Positions 5,284 through 5,541 of a stretch of 5,541 bases of DNA are shown piece after piece (positions within the stretch are counted from its first letter, which is position 1; each line of letters opens with the position of its first letter). The position numbers were made by a program, and so were the translations under genes. The DNA comes from Octopus sinensis (Eukaryota), in the NCBI RefSeq assembly GCF_006345805.1, contig NW_021830003.1, positions 1-5,541 on the forward strand, written 5' to 3'. The notes beneath the pieces are model-generated. The model had not been told where the DNA came from, searched no databases, and saw nothing but the letters and a program-made list of their open reading frames with translations.

Positions 5284-5421
5284 GTGGAGGCACGTGGCTT
5301 AGTGGTTAGGGTGTTGAACTCATGATCGTAAGGTTCTGGTTTCGATTCCTGAACCGGGCGATGCGTTGTGTTCTCGAGCAAAGCACTTCATTTCACGTTG
5401 CTCCAGTCCACTGAGCTGGCA
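5284..5421 (+). mobile_element. tRNA-derived CORE-type SINE, 5' part only (resembles octopus OR2)
   Basis: A box TGGCTTAGTGG (5295-5305) and B box GTTTCGATTCC (5339-5349). The head is homologous to 358-436. 5365-5421 (GTTGTGTTCTCGAGCAAAGCACTTCATTTCACGTTGCTCCAGTCCACTGAGCTGGCA) aligns with the CORE domain pattern TGTGNCCTTGGGCAAGNCACTT...CTCAGT...CTGTAAA. Confidence 0.85.
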
Positions 5422-5465
5422 AGAGAGTGGTGAAAGATATCAGAGAAAGGTACCTAGAGAGAGAA

Positions 5466-5541
5466 AAGCGGCGAGCTGGCAGAAACGTTTGCGCACGGGG
5501 CGAAATTCTTAGCGTATTTCGTCTGCGTTTCGTTCTCAGTT
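5466..5541 (+). mobile_element. Head of a further tRNA-derived SINE family, cut off by the window end
   Basis: A CpG-rich island in AT-rich DNA with an A-box-like TGGCAGAAACG (5477-5487). The window ends at ...CTCAGTT, where a B box (GTTCAAATTCC) would begin. It matches an abundant octopus SINE head (GGCGGCGAGCTGGCAGAAACGTTAGC...) as I recall it. Confidence 0.7.

Noticed and set aside
5427-5449. GTGGTGAAAGA and AGAGAAAG complementary to the pyrimidine-rich centre of the first SINE (~513-534)
   Set aside because: Short (11 and 8 nt), low-complexity matches in swapped order; not distinguishable from chance.
5413-5481. GAGCTGGCA direct repeat (5413-5421, 5473-5481) as a TSD
   Set aside because: Each copy appears to be internal to its own SINE (CORE end; A-box region), so coincidence is sufficient.

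Overview
This is AT-rich eukaryotic non-coding DNA made up mostly of nested transposable elements and microsatellites. I find no intact protein-coding gene, no rRNA or tRNA gene, and no CRISPR array. The SINE families closely resemble those I recall from octopus genomes (the OK/OR1/OR2 tRNA-derived SINEs), so a coleoid cephalopod origin is likely; this is recognition from memory, not a search. In order, the window holds: (1) the decayed 3' end of an RLE-type (R2-group, R4/Dong/Hero/NeSL-like) non-LTR retrotransposon running into a (CATA)n array; (2) a full-length tRNA-derived SINE inserted in that array; (3) two inverted copies of an unclassified ~420-bp element with 30-bp terminal inverted repeats (TIRs) and internal telomeric repeats, one copy carrying a nested 141-bp mariner MITE whose empty site is visible in the other; (4) a probable TTAA-flanked MITE split by a SINE dimer; (5) two more tandem SINE 3' fragments; (6) a ~430-bp compound microsatellite; and (7) two more SINE heads. 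Most ORFs in the supplied track are artefacts of SINEs or microsatellites; only 48..248 resembles a real, now dead, protein. I see no evidence for a wholly new multi-gene system. The best leads are a possible (CATA)n-targeting RLE retrotransposon with a co-targeting SINE, and the telomere-repeat TIR element that lacks a target-site duplication (TSD).
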